A stretch of DNA of 64,000 bases from Chiloscyllium plagiosum (taxonomy: Eukaryota): NCBI RefSeq assembly GCF_004010195.1, contig NC_057715.1, positions 98,660,623 through 98,724,622 of the forward strand, in the 5' to 3' direction. A model generated the notes under the pieces. That model was not told the origin of the DNA. It was given only the letters and a program-made list of their open reading frames with translations, and searched no databases. Each line of letters begins with the position of its first letter. The first letter of the stretch is position 1. This document shows, piece after piece, positions 1 to 12,699 of the stretch. The position numbers and the translations under genes were made by a program.

Positions 1-2
1 TG

Positions 3-453
3 NNNNNNNNNNNNNNNNNNNNNNNNNNNNNNNNNNNNNNNNNNNNNNNNNNNNNNNNNNNNNNNNNNNNNNNNNNNNNNNNNNNNNNNNNNNNNNNNNN
101 NNNNNNNNNNNNNNNNNNNNNNNNNNNNNNNNNNNNNNNNNNNNNNNNNNNNNNNNNNNNNNNNNNNNNNNNNNNNNNNNNNNNNNNNNNNNNNNNNNNN
201 NNNNNNNNNNNNNNNNNNNNNNNNNNNNNNNNNNNNNNNNNNNNNNNNNNNNNNNNNNNNNNNNNNNNNNNNNNNNNNNNNNNNNNNNNNNNNNNNNNNN
301 NNNNNNNNNNNNNNNNNNNNNNNNNNNNNNNNNNNNNNNNNNNNNNNNNNNNNNNNNNNNNNNNNNNNNNNNNNNNNNNNNNNNNNNNNNNNNNNNNNNN
401 NNNNNNNNNNNNNNNNNNNNNNNNNNNNNNNNNNNNNNNNNNNNNNNNNNNNN
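3..453. other. Assembly gap (N run)
   Basis: Uninterrupted run of n from 3 to 453. Confidence 0.99.
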
Positions 454-632
454 GGAGGGTGGTACAATTGCAACATTTAAAAGGCATTTAGATGGGTATA
501 TGAATAGGAAGGGTTTGGAGGGATATGGGCCGGGTGCTTGCAGGTGGGACTAGATTGGATTGGGATATCTGGTCGGCATGGACGAGTTGGACCGTCGGGT
601 CTGTTTCCATGCTGTACATCGGCATGACTCTA
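454..632 (+). mobile_element. CR1-type LINE 3' end fragment
   Basis: Same 3' region (gcaacatttaaaaggcatttagatggg...gggtctgtttccatgctgtacatc...atgactctat) as copies at 10917-11192, 19184-19358 and 50700-50865. Confidence 0.85.
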
Positions 633-727
633 TAATACATCCCAGTAAGGAGGCAAGATACTAAGAGAGGGGTAAACCAACTATGGCCAACCAACTAAGT
701 TAAGGACAGTACAAAGTTTAAAGTACA

Positions 728-1712
728 TAAGAACTAGGAGCAGGAGTAGTTCGTCCAGTCCTTCAAGTCTGTTCTGCCACTCAACAAGATCAGGCTAATT
801 TTTTTGTGATCTCAGCTCCACTTACCCGCGTTTTCACCATATCCCTCAATTCCTTCATTTTTCAAAAAATCAACTACTTCCTTGGGCAAGGAATTCCATA
901 GATTGACAGCCTTCTAGATGAAGAAGTTCCTTCGTAGTTCAGTTCAGTTCTAAACCTGCTTCCTCTAATCTTGAGGCCATGCCCTCTTGTCCTAGCCTCA
1001 TCCTATCTATTCCCTTCATAATTTTATGTTTCTTCTGAATCCAATGAATATAATCCCCAATCTACTCAGTCTCCTGCTTCCTCTAATCTTGAGGCCATGC
1101 CCTCTTGACTTGCCTCATCCTATCTATTCCCTTCATAATTTTATGTTTCTTCTGAATCCAATGAATATAATCCCCAATCTACTCAGTCTCTCCTCATAAA
1201 CCAACCCCCTCAACTTTGGAATCAACCGAGTGAACCTCCTCTGCACCCCATCCTTTCTTAAGTAAGGAGACCAAACCTGCACACAGTACTCCAGGTAGGC
1301 CTCACCAGCACCTTGTACAGCTGTAACATAACCTCTCTGCTTTTAAAATCAACCCCTTTAGCAGTGAAGGACAAAATTCCATTTGCCTTCCTAATTACTT
1401 GTTGTACCTACAGACCAGCCTTCTGCGATTCATGCACAAGGACACCCAGGCCCCTCTGCAAATCAGCATGCTGCAACTTTTTGCCATGCAAGTAATAACC
1501 TACTTTGCTGTTACTCCAACCAAAATGTATGACTTCACATTTACTAACATTGTATTCCATCTGCCAGACCTTTGCCCAGTCACTCAATGTATTCACATTC
1601 CTCTGCAAAGTTTAACAGTCCTCTTCACACTTTTGCTCTGCCACTCATCTGTGTTATCGGTAGATTTTGACACTGTGGTCCCCAACTCCAAATCATCTGT
1701 ATAAATTGTAAA
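728..1712 (-). mobile_element. CR1 LINE 3' fragment (RT C-terminus and 3' UTR) nested in a + strand CR1; carries an internal 118-bp tandem duplication
   Basis: ORF 1408-1608(-) reads LSDWAKVWQMEYNVSKCEVIHFG, a typical CR1 ORF2 motif; the tail lies near 728. Confidence 0.85.
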
Positions 1713-1739
1713 TAAAAGTAAAGTAAATTGTAAATAAAA

Positions 1740-3428
1740 TGAAAGCAAAAACGTTTAAAGAGGCCAGTGATAGCCCAAAAAAACTGGAATAAATTGAAAT
1801 TCCTGCAAAGGAGGACTAGAAAGATAGAGAAGACAGAGAAAATAAACTGAGGGCAAACGAGCGAGGAATGTAAAAACTGACAGTAAGAACTTCTTTAAAT
1901 ATATAAAAAGAGAGAGGTCAAAATGAACATAGGCCCCTCAGAAAATGAACAACAAAATATGGTTGTGTTAAACAGATATTTTGCATCAGTTTTTATGGTG
2001 GAAGATAATCTAAACATCACTTTATTAAAGAAGATGGGGCAGGAATTAAGAACCATCACCACCACTGAGGAAGTAGTATTAGACAAACTAATGGGGCTAA
2101 AGGCAGATAAGTTCCCTGATCCTGACGCTTGCATTCTAGAATCCTTACAGAGATAGCCACAGAGATATGGATGCATTGGTTGCAATTTTCCTCAACGTCT
2201 TTGGATTCTGGAAAAGTGCCAGAGATTGTTAAACTGTGAATGTGACACCCCTATTCAAACAGGAAAGGGGGGCAAAAAGTGGATAACTATCGGCCGTTTA
2301 GCTTAACATCTATTGTTGGAAAAATTTTGGAATCAATTATTAAGCAAGTAATAGCAGAACTTTGGGGAAATCATAATTTAATCAAGCAAAATCAGTATGG
2401 TTTCATGAAAAGGAAATCGTGCCTAACCAATCTATTAGAGTTTTACAAGGAAGCTTCAACCAGAGTGGATAGAGGGGAACCAACAGATTCACTCTATTTG
2501 GGCTTTTAGATGGCATTTGACAAAGTATCTCACAAAAGATAAAGTTATAAGATAGAGCTCACAATATTGGAGGTAATATATTGGCAAAGGGCAAGAAAGA
2601 GCAATTGGGGGATAAGGGGTTCTTTTTCAGTTGGCAAATGGAACATAATGTGGGAAATGTGAAGTTGTTCATTTTAGAAGGGGGAACAAAAGAATAGAGT
2701 ATTATTTAAATGGAGTAAAACTGCAGAAAGATGCAACACAAAGAAACACGGGGGTATTTGTGCGCAAAACCCAAAAAGCTAGTATACAGATACAGCAGGT
2801 AATCAAAAAGGCTAATGGAATATTGGCCCTTAGTTCAAAGGGATTAGGGTATAAGAGTAAGGAAGGCTTATTACAACTGTACAAGGTGCTGGCGAGACCA
2901 CATCTGGAGTACTGAGAGTAGTTTTGGACTCCTTATTTAAGGAAAGATGTCATTTCATTGGAGGCCATTCAGAGAATGTTCGCTAAGATGATCCCAGGTA
3001 TGGAGGGATTGTCTTATGAGCAAAAGCCAAACAGGTTTAAACTCTTCTCCGTTAAGTTTAGAACAATGAGATGTGATGTCATTGAAATGCTAAGGGATAT
3101 TTCCTCTCCTGGGAGTATCTATGACCAGGACATAGTCTCAAAATGAAGGGATGCCAATTTAAGACAAAGATGACGAGGAACTTCATGTGTAGGTGGATTA
3201 AGAATCTTTGGAGCTCCTGCCACAGAAAGCTATGGAAGTGGAGTCCTTGCGTATGATTAAGGCTGAGATAGATAGATTTTTGATCAGCTAGGGAATCAAG
3301 GGTCATGGGGGAAAAACAGGAAAGTGGACATTAGGAAAGTTGGCTCAGCCATGATCCTACTGAATGGTAGAGAAGGCTTGAGGGACCAAAAGGCCTATTC
3401 CTATTCACATTTTTTATGGTCTTATGAT
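1740..3428 (+). mobile_element. Decayed CR1 LINE ORF2 (RT); its upstream part is at 636-725
   Basis: Fragments NYRPFSLTSIVGKILESII, QYGFMKRKSCLTNLLEF and LEAIQRMFAKMIPGMEGLSYE, with many stops and frameshifts. Confidence 0.9.
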
Positions 3429-4197
3429 TTCAGGAGATGGTTCTTGAGCTGATCAGAATGCTGCTTCTTGGTCTTCCTTCTCTGGAAGTTTTCATTGGTT
3501 TTCAAGAAGTAAAGGTGGCTGGTTCACACATATAAAACTTCTCAATTTTTAACTGCAAGTCATAACTTAGAGCAACTGCAAAGATGAGGTGGTTTTCCTT
3601 ACTTAAAGTGGCTTCATTGCAGAGAACAGAGAAAGCTTCTGACCTGAAGGAGATCAGTTGGCTTCCCACTATTCTGTTCGCAGTCCCAAGCTGTTCAGCT
3701 CCCAGACAGCCAATCACATAGTTGATTACAGGCAGAAGACCTTCATCATTGATAACTGGTTACTCACCGACAGACCAATCAAATACTTGCTGCCAGCTGA
3801 ATCACTGTCTGTATACACATGTAACTCCAGCTCATTTGCAAACTACTTTTCAACTACTGCTCAAACAATTAGCTGTGTAAATGATGCTTGCAATGAATGT
3901 CAGTCTACTTGTATTTAAAATTTGCAGCAATCCTTACTTTTTAAAGCCATTCTTTAATCCGTACTCAAAAATATAGAAAAATAAATAGATGTAGTCTTTA
4001 CAAGTGTGACAGGACGAATGTAAATAACATATTTCCTCTGGGCGATGAGTCTAAAACCATAAAACCTAATGCAATGAGTAATATATGCAAGACTGAGAGG
4101 CAGAGAAATTTTCTCATTCAGATAGAGAAACTCAATCAGTGGGCATGATCAAGACAAAAAATGAATAGATTTCTGGAGGCAAACGGCATCAAGAATT

Positions 4198-5700
4198 GAG
4201 TCATAGAGTCCTACAGCATACAGACAAACCCTTTGGCCCAAACTGATCCATGCTGACCAAAATGTCTATTAACACTAATTCCATTTCCCTGCACATTGCC
4301 CATATCCTTCTAAACCTTTCCTATCCATGTATTTGTTCAAATGCCTTTTAAATATTATTAATCCACCTCAATCACTTCCACTGGCAGCTCATTCCAAATA
4401 CATACCACACTGTGTGTAAAAAGGTTGTCCCTCAGGTTCCTTTTTATTCTTTCCCCTTTAACCTTAAACTGATGCCCTCTAGCCCTTGATTCCCCAACCC
4501 TGGGAAAAAGACTGAGTGCATTCACCCTATCCATGTCTGTCATGATCTTATATACTTCTATAAGATTCCCCCCTCAGTCTCCTATGCTCTAGTTTGTCCA
4601 ACCTCTTCCTATAGCTCAGACCATTAAGTCCTGGCAACATCCTTGTAAATTTCTTCGGCACTCTTTCCAGTTTAATAACATCCTTCCTTTAGCAAGGTGA
4701 CCAAAACTGAACACAATATTCCAAATGCAGCCTCACCAACGTCCTGTACAATTGCAACATAGGTTCCCAACTTCTATACTCAATGCCCTGACTGATGAAG
4801 GCCAGTGTGCCAAAAGCCTTCTTCACTGCCATCTACCTGTGACTCTATTTTCAGAGAACCTGAACTCCAAGGTCCCTCGGTTCAACTACACTTGATTAGA
4901 TTAGATTACTTACTTATAGTGTGAAAACAGGCCCTTCGGCCCAACAAGTCCACACCGAACCTCTGAAGAGCAACCCACCCAGACCCATTCCCCTACGTTT
5001 ACCAATTCACCTAACCTGCACATTTTTGGACTGTGGGAGGAAATCGGAGCACCCAGAGGGAACGAACGCAGACACAGGGAGAATGTGCCTGAGGTGGGAA
5101 TTGAACCCGGGTCTCTGGCGCTGTGAGGCAGCAGTGCTAACCACTGTCCCACCGTGCCACCCACTTCTTAAAGCTTTACCATTCACTATAAAACTCCTAC
5201 CTTGATTTGACTTTCCAAAATGCAAGACTTATTAAATTCCGTTTGCCATTTCTCCGCCCACTTCCTCAGCTGATCAAGATCCTGATGCAATTCCTGACAA
5301 CCTTCCTCATTGTCCACAATACCTCAAACTTTAGTGTCATCTGCAAACTTACTAATTATGCCATATACATTCTCATCCAAATCATTGATATAGATAACAA
5401 ACAGCAATGGGCCCAGCATTAACACCTGAGGCATTCCACTAGTCACAAGCCTCCAGTCCGACAAGAATCCTTCCACTATTACCCTCTGTTTCCTACCGTC
5501 AAATCAACTGGGTATCCAATTTGCCAGCTCCTCCTGGATTCCATGCAATCTAATCTTCCAAAACAGCCTACCATGCGGAACCTTATCAAAAGCCTTACTG
5601 AAATCTATTTAGACTACATCTACCATCCTGCCCTTGTCAATCTTCCTGGTCACTTCATCAAAGAACTCTTAACAAGTTTGTGAGGCATGATCTCTCATGA
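4198..5700 (-). mobile_element. CR1 LINE fragment interrupted by a SINE (4894-5162) and itself inserted in an older + strand CR1 tail (about 4035-4195 and 5707-5795)
   Basis: ORF fragments LFPRVGESRARGHQFKVKG...WNELP and MHFGKSNQGRSFIVNGK; atgactc-type tail near 4198. Confidence 0.85.
4894..5162 (-). mobile_element. tRNA-derived V-SINE (HE1-like)
   Basis: Minus strand has A-box/B-box head (GGTTAGCAC...GGTTCAATTCCC), central GGTTTCCTCCCACAGTCCAAA-like domain, CR1-like 3' end and (TCTAA)n tail. Confidence 0.9.
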
Positions 5701-7064
5701 GATCATGTGCAGGAAAATGGCATAGACCAGCTATGATCTCATTGATTGGTGAAGCAGGCTCAAAAGACTGAATGTCTTGTTCCTGTTCTTACGTGTCTAA
5801 CATCACAATTATAAAACATTTATTCTTTTTAAATTTTCCCAACATTCAATCCCTTCTTGTCTTTGTAATACCGAGAGCTGTGTGCCCTTCCAATTTGGTT
5901 GCTTCCACTTAAAACTTCCATTAAACCACAGCAGGTAATTATGCTTTTAGCTGTCCAGGTCAAGCTCTAGTGAGCCCCAACCCCTATCTCTGGTTTAATG
6001 GTACTGCTCAAAGCCAACTTTTTTGACCAAACTGTATCATTTGTCCAATTTCTTGTTACATAGAAAGCGTTGAATTTTGTTTGATATGCATTTTAGTATA
6101 TTAAAGCACCATTTTATGTCTAAGTTGTTGTTACAGCACCCTATTACCTAGTGATGTCAATACTTTAATACACAAGCAACCTCACATCTCTAATCATTTA
6201 TATAATTAATGTTCATAGAAGAAATTAGCATTAGTCTTTGTTCGCATCAATACTTTATTTTTGTTAAAAATGTATACCCTCTGGTAGGCCTTCAAATGTG
6301 TTAACACACAAACTGGTCAGATAATACTACCTGAATATTTGTTTCCCATTCCCCTTGCCCACCCCCAACCAAAGAAAAACATAATTTAACCAGTTTTGCA
6401 GCTTGCATAGGAAGTGTGAGCGAGCAGGCTCACGTGTGGAGACTTTAAGAATTCATTCAGTTTTTGTTTAGCCTGTCAAATACCTTAACTGGAAAGGAGA
6501 GAATTTCATTAACCAAGACCAAGGAAACATAAATTGAAAATTAAAAGACAACTTCCTTCCCTTTCCCCATTCTCCCCACAGTCCCCTTCACTCAAGAATA
6601 AGTGCTGCCCAGTCCCTTCCAGATGGAATTCTCACTCTCCCTTCCCTCTCCTATGAGTACATTCATTGATGCAATAGCTCAAGTAGGGAAAGACAGAAAG
6701 AAAATATTTATTAAAGATTCCTAATAAAAGATTATGACCTGTAAAAAAATTGTCAGATCTATTGCTAATAAAGGAATGCACTTCATTGAAAGGTTTGATC
6801 AATATAAAATATACAATCTGATCTGGTATCTGGGTTCAATGATCAACCATTCACGCAATAGAAAACATTCTGCCACAATTGAGTAAACATTTAAAAACAA
6901 AGCAATTCTCCTCTTGGAAATATCCCTTAAATATCTCTGGGTATGTAGATATCAGTATGTACTTATTTACAAATCATACAAATGTTAAAGCTGCATTACA
7001 CATCGTCAACACAGCAAAAGCAACCATAATATTTAGCAACTGTTTTATTAGATAATTGAATCTT

Positions 7065-7201
7065 CTACTGAACTCTGTACTTGTAGAACCAGCACAATCC
7101 TTTCGTGAAGTTCCATCCCAGTCCCAGCGATAACAAGAACAAAAGGATGAGGAGGCCAAATGGATATAGTAGGGCAACTGTGTTCTTCAGAAATGGCAAT
7201 G
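7065..7201 (-). CDS. UNC50: UNC50 last coding exon (137 nt): (A)LPFLKNTVALLYPFGLLILLFLLSLGLGWNFTKGLCWFYKYRVQ*
   Basis: Acceptor ttcttttag at 7202-7210; phase matches the previous exon; matches the UNC50 C-terminus; TAG stop at 7065-7067. Confidence 0.96.
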
Positions 7202-7898
7202 CTAAAAGAAGAAAAATACTAAATAAGTGCATGGCCATATAAGGGAGAAAGGAATTGAATATGCTGCTGGAGTCAGATGATGAAGGATCGGAGGCTTGTG
7301 TGCAGCACAAGCATCAACAAAGAATAGATGGGCTGAAGGGCTTGTTTCTGAGCTGCAAAATAAATAGGTAGCTACATGAAATGAAAACTGTTCAAAGGAA
7401 AATAAACCATGTGGGTTATTATATGGACTAATTCCAGTCTATTTCCTGTAATTCAACAACAAATCGTTATATATTCAGCTAATAGCAGCTGCATACTTCA
7501 TGTCAACTGGTCCAATTCCTCTCATAATAACTGAAGTCTTCAAACTCAGCTTGGTATAATTCAAATGGCTTGCTGCGGAGTGTGGATTAAACACATAAAT
7601 CACTGCACAGCAGGACAGGATCATATGGACTAGGGTGGACATTTTTACTAGTTCTTCTCAGAGCAAATATCAAAACAAACAGTATTGTGTGACCTCTCCT
7701 GGAAAGCACAAGTGAATATTAAGCAAAGACATGCTTGCCCAGCCTCCCATACAGAGTTGAACTTTCAGTGAATGTCAGCGCCTGAGGACAATATTCTGAG
7801 ATAATAACTAAGCAAAGGAATTAAATGTGGACAACTTAGCTCCTTTCATTTTGGGTTCATAAAAAAGTTCATAAAACATTATAAAACTTAATATTTAC

Positions 7899-8000
7899 CA
7901 CTATATCCAAGAAAAGTAATATAGATGTAATATCCAACGCCAACCAGCCAGAAGATGTTACCAACAAAGTAAGCAAGAAACCCATCTCTGATGATAATGT
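7899..8000 (-). CDS. UNC50: UNC50 coding exon 4 (102 nt): (H)IIIRDGFLAYFVGNIFWLVGVGYYIYITFLGYS
   Basis: tttgcag acceptor, gtaaat donor, in-frame translation matches UNC50. Confidence 0.95.
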
Positions 8001-8244
8001 CTGCAAAGCAAATATTCAAGATTAATTACTTGCTTAAATACAACTACAACCTTCACAAAACGTTATAATCTTGGCTGCATTTGCAGCACAAACATCACTG
8101 TTACAATAACTGCATGAACAAACATTTGAGCAGTAACATAGAGCAAGAAACTGGTCAGTTTAAGAAACAGGGCACCTTGGATTATTTTGTTTAATTCGGT
8201 AATGCAACCTAGTTATTTTATCAATAGATTCTGGCTCAGATTCC

Positions 8245-8442
8245 CTAACAGTTAGCTCGGCTGGCTGACTTGCATTGCAAAGCGATGCTAACAAATTGGG
8301 TTCAATTCCCACACCGGTTGAGGTTACCATGAAGATCCCACCTTCTCAGACTTGTCCCTGACCTGATATTAAACTCACCACCAGTTGTCTCTCTAATGAG
8401 AGAGCAGACCAATGTTTTGCTGGAACTAAGGCAACTTTATTT
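8245..8442 (+). mobile_element. Decayed tRNA-derived SINE in a UNC50 intron
   Basis: cagttagctcgg (A-box-like) and gggttcaattccc (B-box) followed by a non-tRNA body and T-rich tail. Confidence 0.55.
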
Positions 8443-9459
8443 TTCTACCCTGAAAAGACAATATTGAGTCTCTTCCTCCATTCTGCTATTGAACAACCTT
8501 TGATCAGAATTAACAGAGTATAGTGTGCAAGTGTAGTGATGATTTAACTGATCATCATGATGTTTGAAATAAAAACTTAACTTTGAAAACGTAAGCCGAG
8601 ATGGAGGAACTTTGGTAATCAAGATGATTTAGTGAAAATCGGAGCTAACAATTATGGTGGTCTTCCCTCCCATGACACATGATTACTATCAATGACATCA
8701 TTGCAATGAATAACATATTTATTGCAAATAAAGAACATAACCAGTGAACGCATCATAGCATAAATTTAGACAAAACCAATAAAGACCAATAGCGGTAATT
8801 TATTGCGACATTGTAAATATAGTAGAAAGGAGTCTGGACAAGTGTCTGATTTAAAAATTTTCTGTTCTTTTTCCACCACTTGGCTCCTTTTCTCCTGAAT
8901 GACAGATTTTGACAAGCACTCTCCAGCACCATTTCCATATATCTGTTATAGAGTCCGAGCATCAGCCAAACTTACTGATCTCAGGAACATCACAACTGAG
9001 TCCAATACCGAACTAATGCCAGCATTCGTATACTTCCAGCGGTAATTGCTGGGTAGGAACTTAGCGTAGGACCTCAGTCCAATTTGTATCTTCATAACCA
9101 GTATTATTCAGCCCCCACTGTAGCACCTTTGCTGCTAGTAGGGCTGAGATTAACTCTGAAATTTGTAAAATACAGTTTCTCCCAAGATACATTTAAACAA
9201 GTCAATAGCAAAGACTTGTGAACAGTTTTTAAAGAACTGTAGTGCAATTAAAGGTTGGGTGGTACTAGAATGCATATACCTCCAGTAACATTAATTGTGC
9301 CACACTTAACTTCAAGACCATACAATTCAAAAGTAAGTTTGGCCCTTCTATTTTTTCAGTGTTTTAGGTACACAGAGGCAGGATTTAGTTTGGAACAACA
9401 ATGAAGAATTTTAACATGCTCAAAAAATTAACCTTTGTAAACGTAAATAGTACACTTAC

Positions 9460-9599
9460 GATTAATAAAGAACAGTTGAATAAAATGCAAGATCACAAGG
9501 AGTGGATAGAAAGCATTCAGGTGAATGTCAAATGCATATCCCCATTCCACATCATAGCCTTTACTCTGAGGCTTCATCAAATATTTGTTGGTAATAAAC
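9460..9599 (-). CDS. UNC50: UNC50 coding exon 3 (140 nt): (W)FITNKYLMKPQSKGYDVEWGYAFDIHLNAFYPLLVILHFIQLFFIN
   Basis: ttgtttctag acceptor, gtaagt donor; contains the conserved VEWGYAFD-HLNAFYP motif. Confidence 0.97.
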
Positions 9600-9755
9600 C
9601 TAGAAACAAAATATCACAGGTGTACTCTTAACAGAACAGCTGATTGGACTTTTATCAATGTTTTAACATTAAGATGGTCCCAATACTTGAGGATAAACAA
9701 ACAACTACTAAGACTAAGAACCATTTTACTTGAGGAACCTTGTGAAGAAAGTGAT

Positions 9756-10029
9756 GATTAGATTCCCTTCAGTGTGAAAACAGGCCCTTCGGCCAAACAA
9801 GTCCACTCCGACCCTCCGAAGAGCAACCCACCCAGTCCCATTCCCCTACATTTACCCCTGACTAATGCACCTAGGACTGCAGGAGGAAACCGGTGCACCC
9901 GGAGGAAACCCACGCAGAAACAGGGAGAATGTGCAAACTCCACACAGACAGTTCCCCGAGGCGGGAATTGAACCCGGGTCCTTGGTGTTGTAAGGCAGCA
10001 ATGCTAACCACTGAACCACCGTGCCACCC
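9756..10029 (-). mobile_element. HE1-like V-SINE
   Basis: Same head, core and tail as 4894-5162. Confidence 0.9.
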
Positions 10030-10916
10030 CATCATATTGAAGAAAAAGAGAGGGGATTGGAAATTTATTCCAGAGTTTAAGGGCATGACAATCTAAGGAT
10101 CAACATCAACAGTGGCACAACAGAGGAAGAAATGGAAGGGCACAGACTGGAGTCAAAGCAGAGGAGTTACAAACTGGGAGACAGGACTGGAAGAGGTTCA
10201 AAGTATGCACAGCATGTCAGAAAGGAATGTTCAGGTATAAAGTTTAAGTGGTGTCTGTGTATGTGTATATGTGTCTGAGGGGGGCTTGCGGGGGGAAGAG
10301 AGAGACAGGGGAGAGAAATAGATGACAATATCTGTAAAGTTTTGTTCACACAGTGTAGAGTAGGAGGCAATTCAAGGCAATGAAAAAAAAGAGTTGGGGA
10401 AGGGTAGAGAAGTTTAGAAGGTTTTGTTGTAGGGGACTTGAAAATTACAGTAACATCCCTGTTATTTTACACAATGGGCCAAATGATCTTCTTCCAAATA
10501 GCAGCAATCTGTGAATCTGATTATCATGCGATCAAGAGCCAAAGAGGGATAGATTGGTTCTCACAACAAATGATAGACCAGCAGCAAAAGAACGAACAGA
10601 AATGAGGTCCTGCTTTTTAAAATTTAATCTATTTTTCTAATAAAGCTGTTCAAAGATGTTATTACACACCTCTAAAACAGATGGGACTTGAACCTAGGCC
10701 TCCCAGTTAAGGGGAGAGAGACTATCATTACTCCACAAGAGGGCCTAAAGTAGAATTTGACATTTAAGACAGTAGTTGCCATACATTTATTAAGTTACAT
10801 TGCTCTTTGCTGAAAAGCACATGTTAATAAATTATTTCATTAGCATCAAATCAGGCTACCGATTGCCTGTTTATTCCTGGTGCAATTACTTAAATTAATA
10901 TTGCTCCACATCTCTA

Positions 10917-11192
10917 CTTCCTATCGGAAAGATGTTGTGAGCTACAGGGAAAGGCTGAACAGGCTGGGGCTGTTTTCCCTGGAGCGTCGGAGGCTGAGGG
11001 GTGACCTTATAGAGGTTTACAAAATTATGAGGGGAATGGATAGGATAAATAGACAAAGTCTTTTCCCTGGGGTCGGGGAGTCTAGTACTACACGGCATAG
11101 GTTTAGGGTGAGAGGGGAAAGATATAAAAGAGACCTAAGGACGGGTTGGATCGAAGGGTCTGTTTCCATGCTGTACATCTCTATGATTCTAT
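10917..11192 (+). mobile_element. 5'-truncated CR1 3' fragment with internal deletions
   Basis: SYRERLNRLGLFSLERRRLRGDLIEVYKIMRG motif and atgattctatg tail. Confidence 0.9.
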
Positions 11193-11258
11193 GTCTCCTG
11201 CACTCGATATGCCTAGTAGCAAGGCCAAGGTACAAAACCAAAATGTTTTAAAACTTAC

Positions 11259-11379
11259 CACATTAATGTTGCAATCAGTAATCCAACTCCCACACAATCA
11301 ATGAAGACAACCCAAAGTAAAAGCTTCATTGTTTCAAAAAATCCCATTCCTAATACAAATCCAAAACCTATGGTAGAGA
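11259..11379 (-). CDS. UNC50: UNC50 coding exon 2 (121 nt): (V)STIGFGFVLGMGFFETMKLLLWVVFIDCVGVGLLIATLM
   Basis: ttctttctag acceptor, gtaagt donor, in-frame translation matches UNC50. Confidence 0.97.
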
Positions 11380-12419
11380 CTAGAAAGAACAAATAAAAAC
11401 ATTACTATACTGCATTCTAACAAATTTTCACCACAATGCATTGTTTTACAAATGTTTTTTAATCCAAGGACTAATTTGCAATAGACATCATAAAATTGGC
11501 AAGAAGGTTGAACATTGAATCATGAAAATTATAGCACAAATAGGCCATTTGGCCACTCAAATCAGTAACTCAGTAAAATGCAAATTATGAACAAACAACA
11601 TATTTGTAGCTGTCCTTTGATCTTTTATTGTTCATGATATTAGGAAATGAATGCATTGCAGTAGAGATTATTGAAGTTGAAACAATGAAAGGGCCTAAAA
11701 GGGATTTAAATACACATTTGGAAAATTAAAGGCAGGAGTATAGAATAAAAGTTGACACTGGAATCAGACTGGATGAATAGATTTAATTTACATTGAGATT
11801 TCTAGAATTCCATACTAAGGGTATAGTAGCATAATGGATATGTTACTGGACCAATAGCTCAGAAACACAAGTTCAAATCCCCCTTAGGCAATTGAAGAAT
11901 TTAAATCTAAAATAAATTGGCTGAGGCCAATTTAAGATAGTTGAATAAGTACATATTGGGGTTTATTTACATACATGTATACACAGAGGCCCATTCTCTG
12001 CCATCAAAAGTGATATGTTTAAGCATTAATCTGAGCGACCTGGGAATCCTACAGTTCCCATTGCTTGTTCAATGATATTGGCTCAGCCAAACAGATTTTA
12101 TTTGCTAAACCATTAACACTCCATTCTTCTGTGGTATAAATGGTCATGATTGTTTGAAACCTGGCATTGTAGCATTAATGGCCTAATGCGTGAGAGAGGA
12201 AAAGCTTCAACATGTTTCTCTTTTCAGCAATGTTCAACTTTTGTACAACCGTTTACAACATTCTCAAACTAAACCTAAGAATTGTTTATGTTACTGTCAA
12301 TCTTAGAGTGACATTACTCATTAATAATCATGCAACAGGCAGCATGCTCGACTTCACATCACAATTCATGTCCAATAATAGGGCTTCTTGCAATGGAATT
12401 TTTTTTTAAGGACACTCAC

Positions 12420-12699
12420 CACATAACCAGATACTGAGCAAAACTAGGAAAGCAGGGTCATCTCTGGCCCACTGGTCCTTTGTCTGTTTTCTGTAATGAA
12501 AATTTCTGTATACCATCTGTGGGGATGTAAACAGGTACAACATCTGCCACATGGCAAATTCAAAATCCATCTGCTTAAAACGAAAGAGCCGCCTGAGGTA
12601 TTTGTACCGCTTGGCTCCAGCTGTGTGTCGTGCAGCATCCCGGGAACTTAGTGCACCATTCCCTTGACTGATGGGACTATAACTTGTCGTTGGTAACAT
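12420..12699 (-). CDS. UNC50: UNC50 first coding exon (280 coding nt): MLPTTSYSPISQGNGALSSRDAARHTAGAKRYKYLRRLFRFKQMDFEFAMWQMLYLF...WARDDPAFLVLLSIWLC
   Basis: ATG at 12697-12699 just after a CAGCAG acceptor; gtgagt donor at 12419; QMDFEFA and WARDDPAF motifs; the five exons sum to 780 nt. Confidence 0.98.

Noticed and set aside
8536-8562. GTGATGA...CTGA as an intronic C/D snoRNA
   Set aside because: The boxes are too close together and there is no terminal stem or evident guide sequence.
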